Under the pieces are notes generated by a model. The model was given only the letters and a program-made list of their open reading frames with translations, made no database searches and was not told where the DNA came from. The position numbers were made by a program, and so were the translations under genes. From Octopus bimaculoides (Eukaryota): a DNA stretch of 43,941 nucleotides. Positions 13,164-25,175 of this stretch are shown piece by piece. The DNA lies in the NCBI RefSeq assembly GCF_001194135.2, contig NC_068995.1:51823519-51867459 (forward strand). Direction: 5' to 3'. Each line of letters begins with the position of its first letter. Within the stretch, counting starts at the first letter, position 1.

Positions 13164-13485
13164 ACTTATTCTTTGTAAGCCTAGTACTTATTCTATCGGT
13201 ATCTTTTGCCGAACCGCTAAGTTACGGGGACATAAACACACCAGCATCGGTTGTCAAGCAATGCTAGGGGGACAAACACAGACACACAAACACACACACA
13301 CACATATATATATATATACATATATACGACGAGCTTCTTTCAGTTTCCGTCTACCAAATCCACTCACAAGGCTTTGGTCGGCCCGAGGCTATAGTAGAAG
13401 ACACTTGCCCAAGGTGCCACGCAGTGGGACTGAACCCGGAACCATGTGGTTGGTAAGCAAGCTACTTACCACACAGCCACTCCTA
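13164..13485 (-). mobile_element. Bipartite tRNA/CORE SINE (family 1) with internal microsatellite, near-consensus copy, 3' end in gap
   Basis: Minus strand reads GGAGTGGCTGTGTGG (A-box), GGTTCAGTCCC (B-box), CCTTGGGCAAGTGTCTT (MIR/CORE-like), then a (TA)/(TG) spacer and a conserved 3' half. It closely matches 42781-43210. Confidence 0.9.
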
Positions 13486-13618
13486 TATATACACATACAT
13501 ATATATATATATTATATATAAACTAGCTGCCCCTGTGCCGTCAAAAAATGACGCCTAATTGTAGTATTTATATATAAAAAGGGTACAAAAAGGTGAAAAG
13601 AAAAGCAGACAGAGCTTC

Positions 13619-13667
<49 letters not shown>

Positions 13668-13929
13668 CATTTATATGTATGAGTAGTAGAGTCTGTAGCG
13701 AACACGGTTTTCTATACTTTGTCACAGCTCGCTTCCTTCCCTTTTAAGTGTGCCTAGGAATATTAGGGTCTCATCCGTCTTGTATTCAAGATCCACTGCA
13801 TGACATCCTGCTAGTTTCAAAGACAGGAATCTGATCTGTTACGTCCTGCCGATAACTAAATCCACGCCCTGCAGCCGACGCTTCTATTTATCGTCGCTAA
13901 GGCTTTATCTGTCTCCTTCCTTCGACTTT

Positions 13930-14520
13930 TCATACCTTTTCTTTTATGGACTTCAGCCAGTGGCTGAGACAATGTTTGTGCACCGCCATTACCGCGTCTG
14001 GGGATTTTTCCAGTATTGCTTCTGGTGAAGTTGGACGTTGCCGCTCTTCTTTGTGCTCCCTACCGCAATGTAGGTTCATCCGGAATTGCAGATAAAAAGC
14101 TGTCTAGACGTTTTTTTGAAGGCTTCCATGTCTACACTATGCAGATCCCTAATGTTCTGCGGTAGGGCACTAAAAATTTGTGGTCCATTGAATCCCAAGC
14201 TATTACAATATTAGGCTTGTATCCTCGATGGAGAAGCTGGGATCTTTGGTACTATGCAGTGACGTCTAGTTCGGGGATTGTTGTGGATTTCAATTCCGAA
14301 ATTTGGAGCCAGACCCTCCATTATTTTCCACATGTATAGCACCGTATATTTCTCACGTCTCCTCTCCGGGGAATAGAATCCCAGTTCCCTCAATCTCTCC
14401 CAGTAGCCCATGTGTTTTACTGGGTCTATCTTCTTTGTGAAGTGACTTTGGATCGCTTTCAGTTCCGAAATTAGCTTTACACTCTGTGGGGCAATGCTGT
14501 CGGAATATTTTCCACATCAT
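13930..14520 (-). mobile_element. CR1/L2-clade LINE 3' fragment (ORF2 C-terminus plus 3' UTR), inactivated
   Basis: Minus-strand translation APQSVKLISELKAIQSHFTKKIDPVKHMGYWERLRELGFYSPERRREKYTVLYMWKIMEGLAPN...CNSLGFNGPQIFSALPQNIRDLH matches the post-RT YxERLxxLxLxSLExRR signature of CR1-group LINEs. Confidence 0.85.
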
Positions 14521-15082
14521 ACAAATCATAGAGTGCTAACGGCAGCGTTGGAGGGAATAAAGCTATATATTATAGTGCTTACTGTCTCAGTTAGAAATCT
14601 CACCGATGTCGACATTAACGTTCATTCTTCGTCGGACTACAAACCAAACATTAAGATCGATACAATCAACCATTCTGTCGGCCAAAAATTCCTTGTCATT
14701 AGCCAGTATATAAATTTTTACAATCACACAAACACACACACACACATGTAAGTATATGTCAGCGCTGAAGCATATTTGAACGAGTGTGTATGTATGTGTG
14801 CGCTGATGTCACACACGCGCATACATACACAAATAAGCATATGTAAATCTATATATATAAATCAAAAGGCTGAAGAACAATAACAGACATGGAATTTATA
14901 TGCATGAAACATTTTCAGAGTATTCAGAACATGAATTCCACATGAGTAAAGGAAAGAGGAGAGAAAAAAAAAAAGAAAGGAAAAACACAAAATTCTTCAA
15001 AAACTTGCATGTGTTCATTGGTTCTGCTGGTAGAGATTTTCTATATGAACGCACACTCACTCATACACACACATTCATACAC

Positions 15083-15148
<66 letters not shown>

Positions 15149-15785
15149 AGATAGATAGATAGGTAGATATATAGATTTATATATAATTGCAATTATATAG
15201 ATATATATATAGCTATGTATGTATCTATCTACGCGTAATGTGAAGTAATGATCGTTTAAATCCATGTTAACCATGATGGAGAAAGAAAGGATCTCAAACA
15301 ACAGATATTATTGATAAACCATCCATCATACTGAACTGCTTGTCTCTATCATATTAAATGTTCATCCAATACAAGGTTTATACATAAAAGTATTTCTACA
15401 TTTGAGTGGCAGCGGTTTAAAATCTATTTTATCAAAAATGTCGAACGTAATTGCATTTTTTGAACGTGTATATACAAAAGAATGTATTATGTATATATAT
15501 TAAATCTTATATATAAATATATATGCATACACAAACACACACACACACACTAACTCATGCACTCACTCACACACACAGTTATATCTATATGAAACAGAGA
15601 TGCAGGTAAATTTCAACGTACAAACCATAGTCTTCGTTTTGTTTTTCATGTAATCTTTCATAGCATTATATAAATTCATATTGCTATATATTTTCTTTTA
15701 TGGTGTTCTTTTGTGCATATGCCTTTGCGAAACATCTATAAATACTGATATACATGTATAACTGTATAATTATAATATGTATCTA

Positions 15786-15818
<33 letters not shown>

Positions 15819-16046
15819 NNNNNNNNNNNNNNNNNNNNNNNNNNNNNNNNNNNNNNNNNNNNNNNNNNNNNNNNNNNNNNNNNNNNNNNNNNNNNNNNNN
15901 NNNNNNNNNNNNNNNNNNNNNNNNNNNNNNNNNNNNNNNNNNNNNNNNNNNNNNNNNNNNNNNNNNNNNNNNNNNNNNNNNNNNNNNNNNNNNNNNNNNN
16001 NNNNNNNNNNNNNNNNNNNNNNNNNNNNNNNNNNNNNNNNNNNNNN

Positions 16047-16084
<38 letters not shown>

Positions 16085-16386
16085 TGAGTGTGTGTGTAAT
16101 ATATGTATGTCAGAATGTATGCATGTATATTCACATATAGACCAATAGTTACGGTAGATGTGTGTCTGTATGCACATGCATATGTGTATGTATAATGTTT
16201 ACTCATTGACTGATAAATCACGCCAGATTTTAGCTAGTAATAAACTGTTTTTGTTTTTACTGAAACTTGTTTACGGCGTCCATTTTTACACATCAAAACA
16301 CAAAAGACACATTAATATAAACTATGTGAGTCACAAAAAGATCGGAAGANNNNNNNNNNCGTATGCTTATGTATATATCTGCATGT

Positions 16387-16438
16387 GCGTGTGCGTATGT
16401 GTGTGCGTATGTGTGTGCGTATGTGTGTGCGTATGTGT
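16387..16438 (+). repeat. 12-bp minisatellite (GTGTGCGTATGT) x about 4
   Basis: Seen directly. Confidence 0.85.
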
Positions 16439-17239
16439 ACGCAAGCATAAGCATCCATATAAATAATAAATGAAAAGTCTAATCGGGAGAATGTTTACGA
16501 AAACAGAAGACTGATTAGTTATTTATATACTTGAGTATTGATAAAAGAAATTCCATATGTCACAGCGAGTAACATTTGATATTACAATCTCATTTTAATC
16601 AGACAAGCATCCTGTGTTGAAACGTAGAATCTCAAACGGGAAAAAAAACAAAACATAATAAGTAAAAACCCAGCAAAAAATACACATTCTGCTCTAATAA
16701 ATGTGTACAATGTTAATGAATGAATCTTATATTATTTCAGTAAAATGATCTAGATAGATCGTAGTATCCGTGATATTCTTGTTCATTAGTGTAGACGTCT
16801 AAAGTGTGATATTTTGTAGAAAGGTTATAACGATGTATGCTTGTCGACAGGTATGTCTATATGATGGGGAATATATGTGTTTGTGTGTTGTTGTGTCGTT
16901 ATCTCGTTCGTATTCATCATGTAGGATTCTATGGTTGCTCCCGATATTTTACCTCGTAAACTGTTTCCTGAGCATTTAGTGGTACTACACCTCTGATTAT
17001 ATCGCTCGGTCGGTTGGCATGAGTTACACATATGTGAATTACATACACGGAATAAGCACTTCGAAAATGAGCTCTTGTATTACTACTGAGAGTAAAATTA
17101 GAAACGGCTGTAAGTTTTAATATCACATATGTTTGAAATAGTTTATATCTATGGCCATGTGTGTATTTGTGTGCGTACGTATGTATATATGCATCCGTGT
17201 ATATAGGCATACAGGTTAAAAAATACTAACATATTAAAA

Positions 17240-17650
17240 TTTTAATTATTATTTTTATTATTATTCATATACACACAACAGGTTAGACTGTTGGAACAGA
17301 AAAAATCCTAACATCAGGCTACAACAAGTAACCTTAGATGCCAAGAACCCTCCTAAGTATCCAAGCTGTCCCTAATAACACTGTTATCTGGAGCTGTATC
17401 AAACTGGGTTTTACACCTATTTCCTCCATCCATCTGTTCAAAGTTTTAGCGATAATTTCCAATGCACCTATGACTACTGGTATACATGTTATACGCACTT
17501 TCCATAGTCTCTGTAATTCAATGGCTAGGTCCTGGTACTTCGCTATTTTTTCTATACTTCTCATATTGATTGTTTTTCATCATTTGAGACAGTAAAGTCA
17601 ATTATCGGGCACCTTCTATTCTCTTTGTCTACTACTACTAAAGGTTCGTG
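17240..17650 (-). mobile_element. R4/Dong-type non-LTR retrotransposon 3' fragment (restriction-like endonuclease domain)
   Basis: PLVVVDKENRRCPIIDFTVSNDEK / RSIEKIAKYQDLAIELQRLWKVRITCIPVVIGALEIIAKTLNRWMEEIGVKPSLIQLQITVLLGTAWILRRVLGI* carries the PD..D..K..KY REL motif and typical C-terminus. A short 3' UTR and a TAA-like tail follow. Confidence 0.88.
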
Positions 17651-18009
17651 TGTCATAAAGCTAGCTAGAGGCGATCGCCTCTCGGAGTTAATCAACAGCA
17701 GTAATCCCCCGACTATCGTGGGTGTTACGTTCCAAAACCTCCCGCGATCGGTAAAAATCTGCAAAGTAGAGACAGCACTGTACTGTATATTTTTTAATTA
17801 TTTTTATAATTTATATTTATTTTATTCTAAATGCAAGACAGCACCACGAAGGCCTCTATCCCTAATTGGTTTCTACACAATTTGCAGTACTCATATTGCT
17901 TTCGTTCACAAACTATTGCTTAACGGGAAACTGCAACAGAAGATAATTCCTCATCGTTCCAAGTATAAGAAGCAATTACGTATCCGAGTTCGTATGCGAA
18001 TTTCTTAAC

Positions 18010-18230
18010 TACGAGAGGGTTCTGAAAAGTCCCTGGCTTAGGGTAAAAGAAAATAGAGGAGATCAGTTAACTATAATTTTATTCAGCATATTCCTCTCTC
18101 AGATTCATACACTTATTGTAGTCGTCCTTCAGTTTTTCTAAGCCCTGTAAAAAAAAATTCGGATGTTTGGGCCTTCAACCGGGACTTTCATGATAATTTT
18201 AAAACCAAGAATTTCAATCGCTTACGCCTA
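18010..18230. mobile_element. Mariner-derived non-autonomous element (MITE-like)
   Basis: Begins TACGAGAGGGTTCTGAAAAGT, a mariner-type TIR after TA. The minus strand of 18079-18147 encodes QGLEKLKDDYNKCMNLREEYAE*, like the mariner C-terminus GIxKLxxRWxKCIxxxGDYVE*. The right TIR is degenerate. Confidence 0.7.
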
Positions 18231-18924
18231 CATTTAGAAAAGAAATACCAAACAGCAATACTTACGCAGACAAAACTAATTAACTTCATTATCTAATAAT
18301 CCAAAAGAAATATATTATCACACACAATCAATGAATTGCAGAAGATACAGAGTCAGATACGAACATTAAATGAATATTCATTATAAAACGGATATAATAG
18401 TTTTAAGAAAGACGATTTAACAAATTATATATTGCATCAATTACGAGGAGATATTATTTGCAAGTATATCGGGAAAGATAGCTTATAAATAATATAATAT
18501 ATAATTACCAAAGTAGCGTCTTCTTATATACAGTATTGAGTATATTAACACAAAATGCGATAAACGCATGCTATCAAATAATGCAATAGATTTTGTGCGT
18601 ATCCTTATATTTCTAAGGTATTCATTGAAATATCTGTACATTTTCTCATCGCGTTGTATACGTAACCGTATATATATATATATGTATATATAGTATATTG
18701 CCACTTAAGTGTGGCTGACCCCTAGGGGTGGATGTTACTGTTGCTTTTAGCCCCAGGAGGACATCTCCTCCAGCTGGCTTATCGACACACGACTGTGTCC
18801 TGTTTGCCAAGGGAGTTATCCCTCTCACCTCGACCAGCAGCACGAACGTATCCGGATTTCAGGGTTATTTCCCTTCGTCGGCGTTCGACAGCTGATGACC
18901 TTGGTGAGAGAGNNNNNNNNNNAC

Positions 18925-19152
18925 ACAGAGTATGACAAGGCTGACCCTTTGAATCACAGGCACAACAGAAACAGGAATAAAGAGTGAGAAAAAGGTGTGA
19001 CGAAAGAGCACAGCAGGTTTCGCCACCATCCCCTGTCGGAGCCTTGTGGAACTTTAGGTGTTTACGCTCAATAAACACTCACAACGCCCGGTCTGGGAAT
19101 CGAAACCACGATTCTACGACCGCGAGTCCACTGCCCTAACCACTGGGCCATC
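18925..19152 (-). mobile_element. tRNA-derived SINE (family 3)
   Basis: Minus strand TGGCCCAGTGGTTAGGGCAGTGGACTCGCGGTCG...GGTTTCGATTCCC has A and B boxes. A diverged second copy lies at 21725-21850. Confidence 0.8.
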
Positions 19153-19274
19153 GTACCACACACACGCACACAGGCACGCACAATTCTGTATGAATTGTAC
19201 TGTTTTCTCTGCGTGTATATGTCTGTCTCGGCAAATATAAATGTTAAAAGATAGAAATGAGAGAAATAGGGTAT

Positions 19275-19310
<36 letters not shown>

Positions 19311-19763
19311 TGTGGGGAGTAGGAAATAGAGAGACATGGAAAACGATAAAGAACCAGAGAGAAGAACAGTGTATTATGGATTAAGAAAGGAAGAAAGCAA
19401 TAAGGAAAAGAGATGTTGTTAATGTGTTTTAGATGTTTGACAGAAGCATAAATCTATATTTTATAACAGGAAGGCTATTGACCGTTCATTCATTACAGCT
19501 AACGCATTTAACCATGTTACCAACGCAACATAGTAAAAGAGGAAAACCTCCCGAGATTGTGTGTCCCAACACAGGTTTATCACTGCTAATCACATTAAAT
19601 GATGTCCACTAAAAACATCGACAGAATCTTATGAAAATACTCCAACTTCAGGACGTATTCCGTTGCAGTGAAAGCCTTTGTTATGGCTTTTGTGTTCAAC
19701 TCGGATTTGAAGACAATCAGAAATCTCCCCAAAAATACTCTCACAATTCTTTTCTCATTCTCT

Positions 19764-19804
<41 letters not shown>

Positions 19805-19830
19805 CATTTCTTCAACCCACAACCCCCTCC

Positions 19831-19873
<43 letters not shown>

Positions 19874-20479
19874 TGTCTTCTCCCCCCATGCATGTTATTA
19901 TATGAATATCACTTCAAATCAAATATATGCATGATGGATGGATGGATGGATGGATGGATGGATGGATGGATGGCTGCATGCATGCGCGTAGGTGCACGTG
20001 TGTGTCTCCATGGGTATCTTTACTTTGATACTAAATAGAAAACAGGTTCCTTTGTTTAAGTGCCATACAACCTGCCCATTAAGTACAGCCTTCCTGCTAT
20101 CCTCTGTGTGTATGTATGTATGTATGCATTTATGTATGTATGTATGTATGTATGTATGTATGTATTATGTATGTATGTATGTATGCGAGCATATGCAAAT
20201 TCACAAACACACACAGTACGTAAATATGTATTTATACATACACAAAGACCAAATATGCATAGGAAAGGACACGATTGTGAACACCTTTCTGGTGAACGTG
20301 TGCACAGATAATTTTACTCGATCCTTCCATCGAACAAAGGAAACGATATATCGATTGTTATTCAAAATCTCTGACAAGGGCATATCGATCACTACTCCAT
20401 CTAAAGCTGTCATCGTTTTGAACAGAAGAACTAAATCAGATACGGCAAGCCATGAATTCTAATAGTCTAAGAAATTTGA

Positions 20480-20600
20480 CAATTCATTACCTTGGACTGG
20501 TACAAGGGAAAACAAAGTTGACCTCGTCGGAATTTGAACTCAGCCCACGGAAAATCGCAACAACATCGCGAGGTATTCATTCTATCCAAAATTCTAACGA
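20480..20600 (-). mobile_element. SINE family 2 fragment
   Basis: aaagttgacctcgtcggaatttgaactcag is the reverse complement of the family-2 core ctgagttcaaattccgccgaggtcgacttt. Confidence 0.65.
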
Positions 20601-21289
20601 ATATGCCAATTCGTGCTTCAAACGCAGATACACAGTTATGATTCAAACAGGGAATGACATCTGGTCTTCTACACGGTTTCTTACGGAAAATAGATATGTA
20701 TATAGAAATAAAAATGTAGACGAATTATGAAATATTAATTTCTTCGTTAACGCACGCACCGAAGGTAAATTATCAGTTGAATGAACTATCACTATAGCTT
20801 CGGTATGATCTTTGGACAGCCAATGACTCTGATCTTGAAATGACCTTTGATTCTCAAAAGATGATCTAGTTTAAGGTGATACATACTTAAAATCGATAAC
20901 GTATCAAATCTAGAAATAGAATACTTGAAAGACAGAACTTATATAAAGATAAGGCAATGAACAAAGAAGCAGCTAAGCTCCAAAATACACACCACAAAAA
21001 TAGAAACAGTAAAACTATAAACATCATTGAAAAGATAAATCACGAAGATAGAACATAGCGTAAAATCAACGAAACACATAGCCCGATAACGTTAGTAAAC
21101 AGCAGAATACTTATAGGAATTGTGAGCTAAAGAAACGGAAACGAATTTGAGTAGGCCGACAAAAACATGAATATATATAAGTGTAAGCCCGATCTAATTC
21201 CACAAAAAATTGAATTGTGAACATTTTCAAGATGTGTAATTGATATAATGGTGAAATAAAAACTGAAAGCGATGTAATAAATCGTATAC

Positions 21290-21360
21290 CAGTGATGGCG
21301 AACCTATGTCACAAATATCAGGAGTGACGTGTCATAAATTTCTAGGTGGTACGAGATGGC
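21290..21360 (+). mobile_element. hAT (Charlie/Buster/SPIN-like) left terminus remnant
   Basis: CAGTGATGGCGAACCT is the hAT-Buster-type TIR. It is preceded by the 8-mer tcgTAtac, fitting the nnnTAnnn target consensus. No partner TIR was found. Confidence 0.55.
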
Positions 21361-21724
21361 CTTTGAAAGCATCGATCTTATGAAGTTATAAAAGCTTATC
21401 TCTAAGCGTTTACCTAAAACTAAAATAACTCTCAATCAGCGTTGATTTAGGAGTTAAACTACAATGACAACAGACAAAATCTTAATTTAGGGAGAAGTTA
21501 TTCGTAGGTTTATCTATCTTGATCGTCATCTCTAAGCTTATCGTTGCTCGATATATTAAATACAACAGTCAAATCTCCATTAAATCACATCTCACAGCTC
21601 TGAAAACTAAAAGAACACATTAGATAATACAATCCTCGGACCGCCATACATATAAAGATGAAATGGTCACAGAAAGTATTTGGCCATACTTTTCTCGATC
21701 GGGTTTGCTGTTAACTAAACAACA

Positions 21725-21850
21725 ACAGAAATAGGAGGAAAGAGTTAGAGAAAGTTGTGGTGAAGGAGAACAGCAGGGTTCGACACCACGCCTGCCGGAC
21801 CCTCGTTGAACTTTAAGTGTTTTCCCTCAATAAACACTCACAAATACACA
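21725..21850 (-). mobile_element. SINE family 3, diverged fragment
   Basis: Aligns by eye with 18985-19090 (cagcagg.ttcg.cacca...ctcaataaacactcaca). Confidence 0.65.
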
Positions 21851-23307
21851 ATTCGTGTATAGTTCTGCAAATTACATTGATTTTAGAACGACTGTACTGA
21901 TGAACCACGGACGTTTTACGTAAGTAAAATAGTTGATGGGGAAACCGGTATACGATTAATTCTTTATTTTGTATATTTTTCATTTGATTGAACCTCATTA
22001 ACAATCTATCGAAAAAGCAAGTTGCTGAATAATTTACGAAACTAAAATGTAGTCTCTTGCTGAGGAGGTCATTACTATCGAAACACGTCGTATACATTCA
22101 CTGCTTAAGAATGAGTTTAAGCCCACTTCTTGTGGCAAACCGCACATTCTATATTTCCCCAAAATTCAAATGATTTTAATTGATAAAATAAATTTATTCG
22201 AGCGCTCTCATTCACACGCTTGTTCATTTTTTTTTCTATACACATCTTAAAGATAGAGGGAGATTTGTTGTTGCTAATCTTAGTTAATCGAAAATTTGAA
22301 AGTGATCATGTCACATACGTGACACTCCTAGACTAATTCTATTTCGTATGCAGAACAATGTTACATTCGGTTATACTCACTCCGCCATATTGTTGTTAAT
22401 TATTGAAGACAACGTTTAATAAGCGGCATCGACGATATCTATTAACATCAACTATTTACGGACTGAATACATACAGACGCGCGCACACACTCACGCACAC
22501 ATACACGCACACATACACACACACATACACACACACATACACGGATATATATATATATATATATATGTGTGTGTATGTATGTATGCATGTATGTATGTAA
22601 GTATATATGCACACACATATATAGATACATAAATACATAATATACATAAATACATATATAGTTATATATATATTTATACATATATATGCATATAGATATA
22701 TTCATAAATACATACATATATATATATATATACATACATATGTATACATAAATGTTTTGATATATATCTATATCTATATATATATATAGGAGAATATACA
22801 AATAATAACAACAGACGAGGACAGGTGGTGTAAATAACAAAAGTATATNNNNNNNNNNNNNNNNNNNNNNNNNNNNNNNNNNNNNNNNNNNNNNNNNNNN
22901 NNNNNNNNNNNNNNNNNNNNNNNNNNNNNNNNNNNNNNNNNNNNNNNNNNNNNNNNNNNNATATATATATATATATATATATATAACACCGCTCGAAAAC
23001 AAGCTGTATTGTTTGCATCACGTTTCACGTTAAAATTTCATCCCGATTCTGTTCAGAGGAAGTAGCTGTATCCAGATTTTTCTTTGTTAAGCGTTTCATT
23101 AAATTTTTTTGGCTTGTATTTGTAGTTTTCATACATTATTATTGTTATTGTTATTGTCCTATTATATTATATTCTATATTTGAAATAGCATCTATTTTCT
23201 TTTCTATAGTCGTTAATCAGACTAAGATAAAAGTGCATTTCAGCCCAACGAAAAAATACACACTCACGCAATTATCAGAGCACAAACACACACAAGATAC
23301 ATTCATA

Positions 23308-23315
23308 TGTACTAT

Positions 23316-23386
<71 letters not shown>

Positions 23387-23395
23387 GATAGGTAG
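23308..23395 (+). repeat. (AGAT)n microsatellite
   Basis: Seen directly. Confidence 0.95.
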
Positions 23396-24509
23396 ACTGT
23401 TTTAATATATACATGTTTAAAGAAGTAGAATGTAAATTGGTACACACACANNNNNNNNNNNNNNNNNNNNNNNNNNNNNNNNNNNNNNNNNNNNNNNNNN
23501 NNNNNNNNNNNNNNNNNNNNNNNNNNNNNNNNNNNNNNNNNNNNNNNNNNNNNNNNNNNNNNNNNNNNNNNNNNNNNNNNNNNNNNNNNNNNNNNNNNNN
23601 NNNNNNNNNNNNNNNNNNNNNNNNNNNNNNNNNNNNNNNNNNNNNNNNNNNNNNNNNNNNNNNNNNNNNNNNNNNNNNNNNNNNNNNNNNNNNNNNNNNN
23701 NNNNNNNNNNNNNNNNNNNNNNNNNNNNNNNNNNNNNNNNNNNNNNNNNNNNNNNNNNNNNNNNNNNNNNNNNNNNNNNNNNNNNNNNNNNNNNNNNNNN
23801 NNNNNNNNNNNNNNNNNNNNNNNNNNNNNNNNNNNNNNNNNNNNNNNNNNNNNNNNNNNNNNNNNNNNNNNNNNNNNNNNNNNNNNNNNNNNNNNNNNNN
23901 NNNNNNNNNNNNNNNNNNNNNNNNNNNNNNNNNNNNNNNNNNNNNNNNNNNNNNNNNNNNNNNNNNNNNNNNNNNNNNNNNNNNNNNNNNNNNNNNNNNN
24001 NNNNNNNNNNNNNNNNNNNNNNNNNNNNNNNNNNNNNNNNNNNNNNNNNNNNNNNNNNNNNNNNNNNNNNNNNNNNNNNNNNNNNNNNNNNNNNNNNNNN
24101 NNNNNNNNNNNNNNNNNNNNNNNNNNNNNNNNNNNNNNNNNNNNNNNNNNNNNNNNNNNNNNNNNNNNNNNNNNNNNNNNNNNNNNNNNNNNNNNNNNNN
24201 NNNNNNNNNNNNNNNNNNNNNNNNNNNNNNNNNNNNNNNNNNNNNNNNNNNNNNNNNNNNNNNNNNNNNNNNNNNNNNNNNNNNNNNNNNNNNNNNNNNN
24301 NNNNNNNNNNNNNNNNNNNNNNNNNNNNNNNNNNNNNNNNNNNNNNNNNNNNNNNNNNNNNNNNNNNNNNNNNNNNNNNNNNNNNNNNNNNNNNNNNNNN
24401 NNNNNNNNNNATGAACGCACGCATTTTCACACACACATACACACGCACACTATATATATATATATATACGTGCGTGTGTGTTTGTGAATGAATGTGCATT
24501 CTATTATAT

Positions 24510-24850
24510 TATGAAAGCGGTGAGGAGCTGGTTGATTGGTTAACAGTTGATTGGTTAACAGTCCAGATGAAATACTGAGTGGCATTGTTTGAGTTCAAAT
24601 GCAACCGGGATCGACTATGACTTCCATACTTATTATTAGTCAAGTACTGGAATCAATTGAGTCGGCTAACCACCTCTTGTAAAATTTCAGGTGTTGCTGC
24701 GCCTATACCAGAAGGATTATTATAATGGCGGGGAGCCGGCAGAATTTTTAGCACGGTGAACACAATGCTCAGCGGCATATCGTCCATGTTTACCTCCGAA
24801 AACCGCCGAGATCATATTTGCCTGACATCAGTTCGACGTTCTTGAAATAG
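24510..24850 (+). mobile_element. Two adjacent degenerate SINE family 2 copies; the first carries a 15-bp tandem duplication (gttgattggttaaca x2, 24531-24560)
   Basis: ggcggNgagctgg/ccggcagaa heads, gagttcaaat, and gtcaagtactgg..tcaat motifs shared with other copies. Confidence 0.55.
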
Positions 24851-25099
24851 GTTCCAGTCGAGCACAAATGTACAGGTTTTGTGGCCATAACAGAAAGTTT
24901 GACATTCTATTTATATATTAGTTAATCTCGGAAGAATCTACATACATAAGTTTATTTAGCAACAAGAGTGTGGACAAACATTTTTAACCTGCATGCTATA
25001 GAAAAAAGTGTAGGTGGTTAGGGTTGAATTTAACATATGATAGCGTCTCATAAAGCGAAATTTCTATACATCTTAAATTTGCAGAGGAATCTGTAGTGG

Positions 25100-25175
25100 G
25101 GGAGTTTAGCTCAATCGGTCAGAGCACTGCGGAGCGTAATCACGGAGGTGTGAGTTCGAGTCCCATAGCTAACCA
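25100..25175 (+). tRNA. tRNA-like pseudogene (Thr-CGT-like loop) or body-less SINE head
   Basis: Perfect D-stem GCTC/GAGC, A-box TAGCTCAATCGG, T-loop TTCGAGT. The acceptor stem pairs 5 of 7 and the anticodon loop is non-canonical (AG-CGT-AA). A T5 run lies at 25184-25188. Confidence 0.6.

Noticed and set aside
13522-13560. ACTAGCTGCCCC...CGTCA-aaaaa-TGACG, resembling a Helitron-type end
   Set aside because: Only a 5-bp stem, and no partner terminus was found.
20264-20462. Protein-like frame GKDTIVNTFLVNVCTDNFTRSFHRTKETIYRLLFK...
   Set aside because: The acceptor lacks a pyrimidine tract, there is no GT donor, and no family is recognised.
20820-20880. atgactctgatcttgaaatgacctttga, like a mollusc TGACCTTGA-rich repeat
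   Set aside because: Too short and degenerate to classify.
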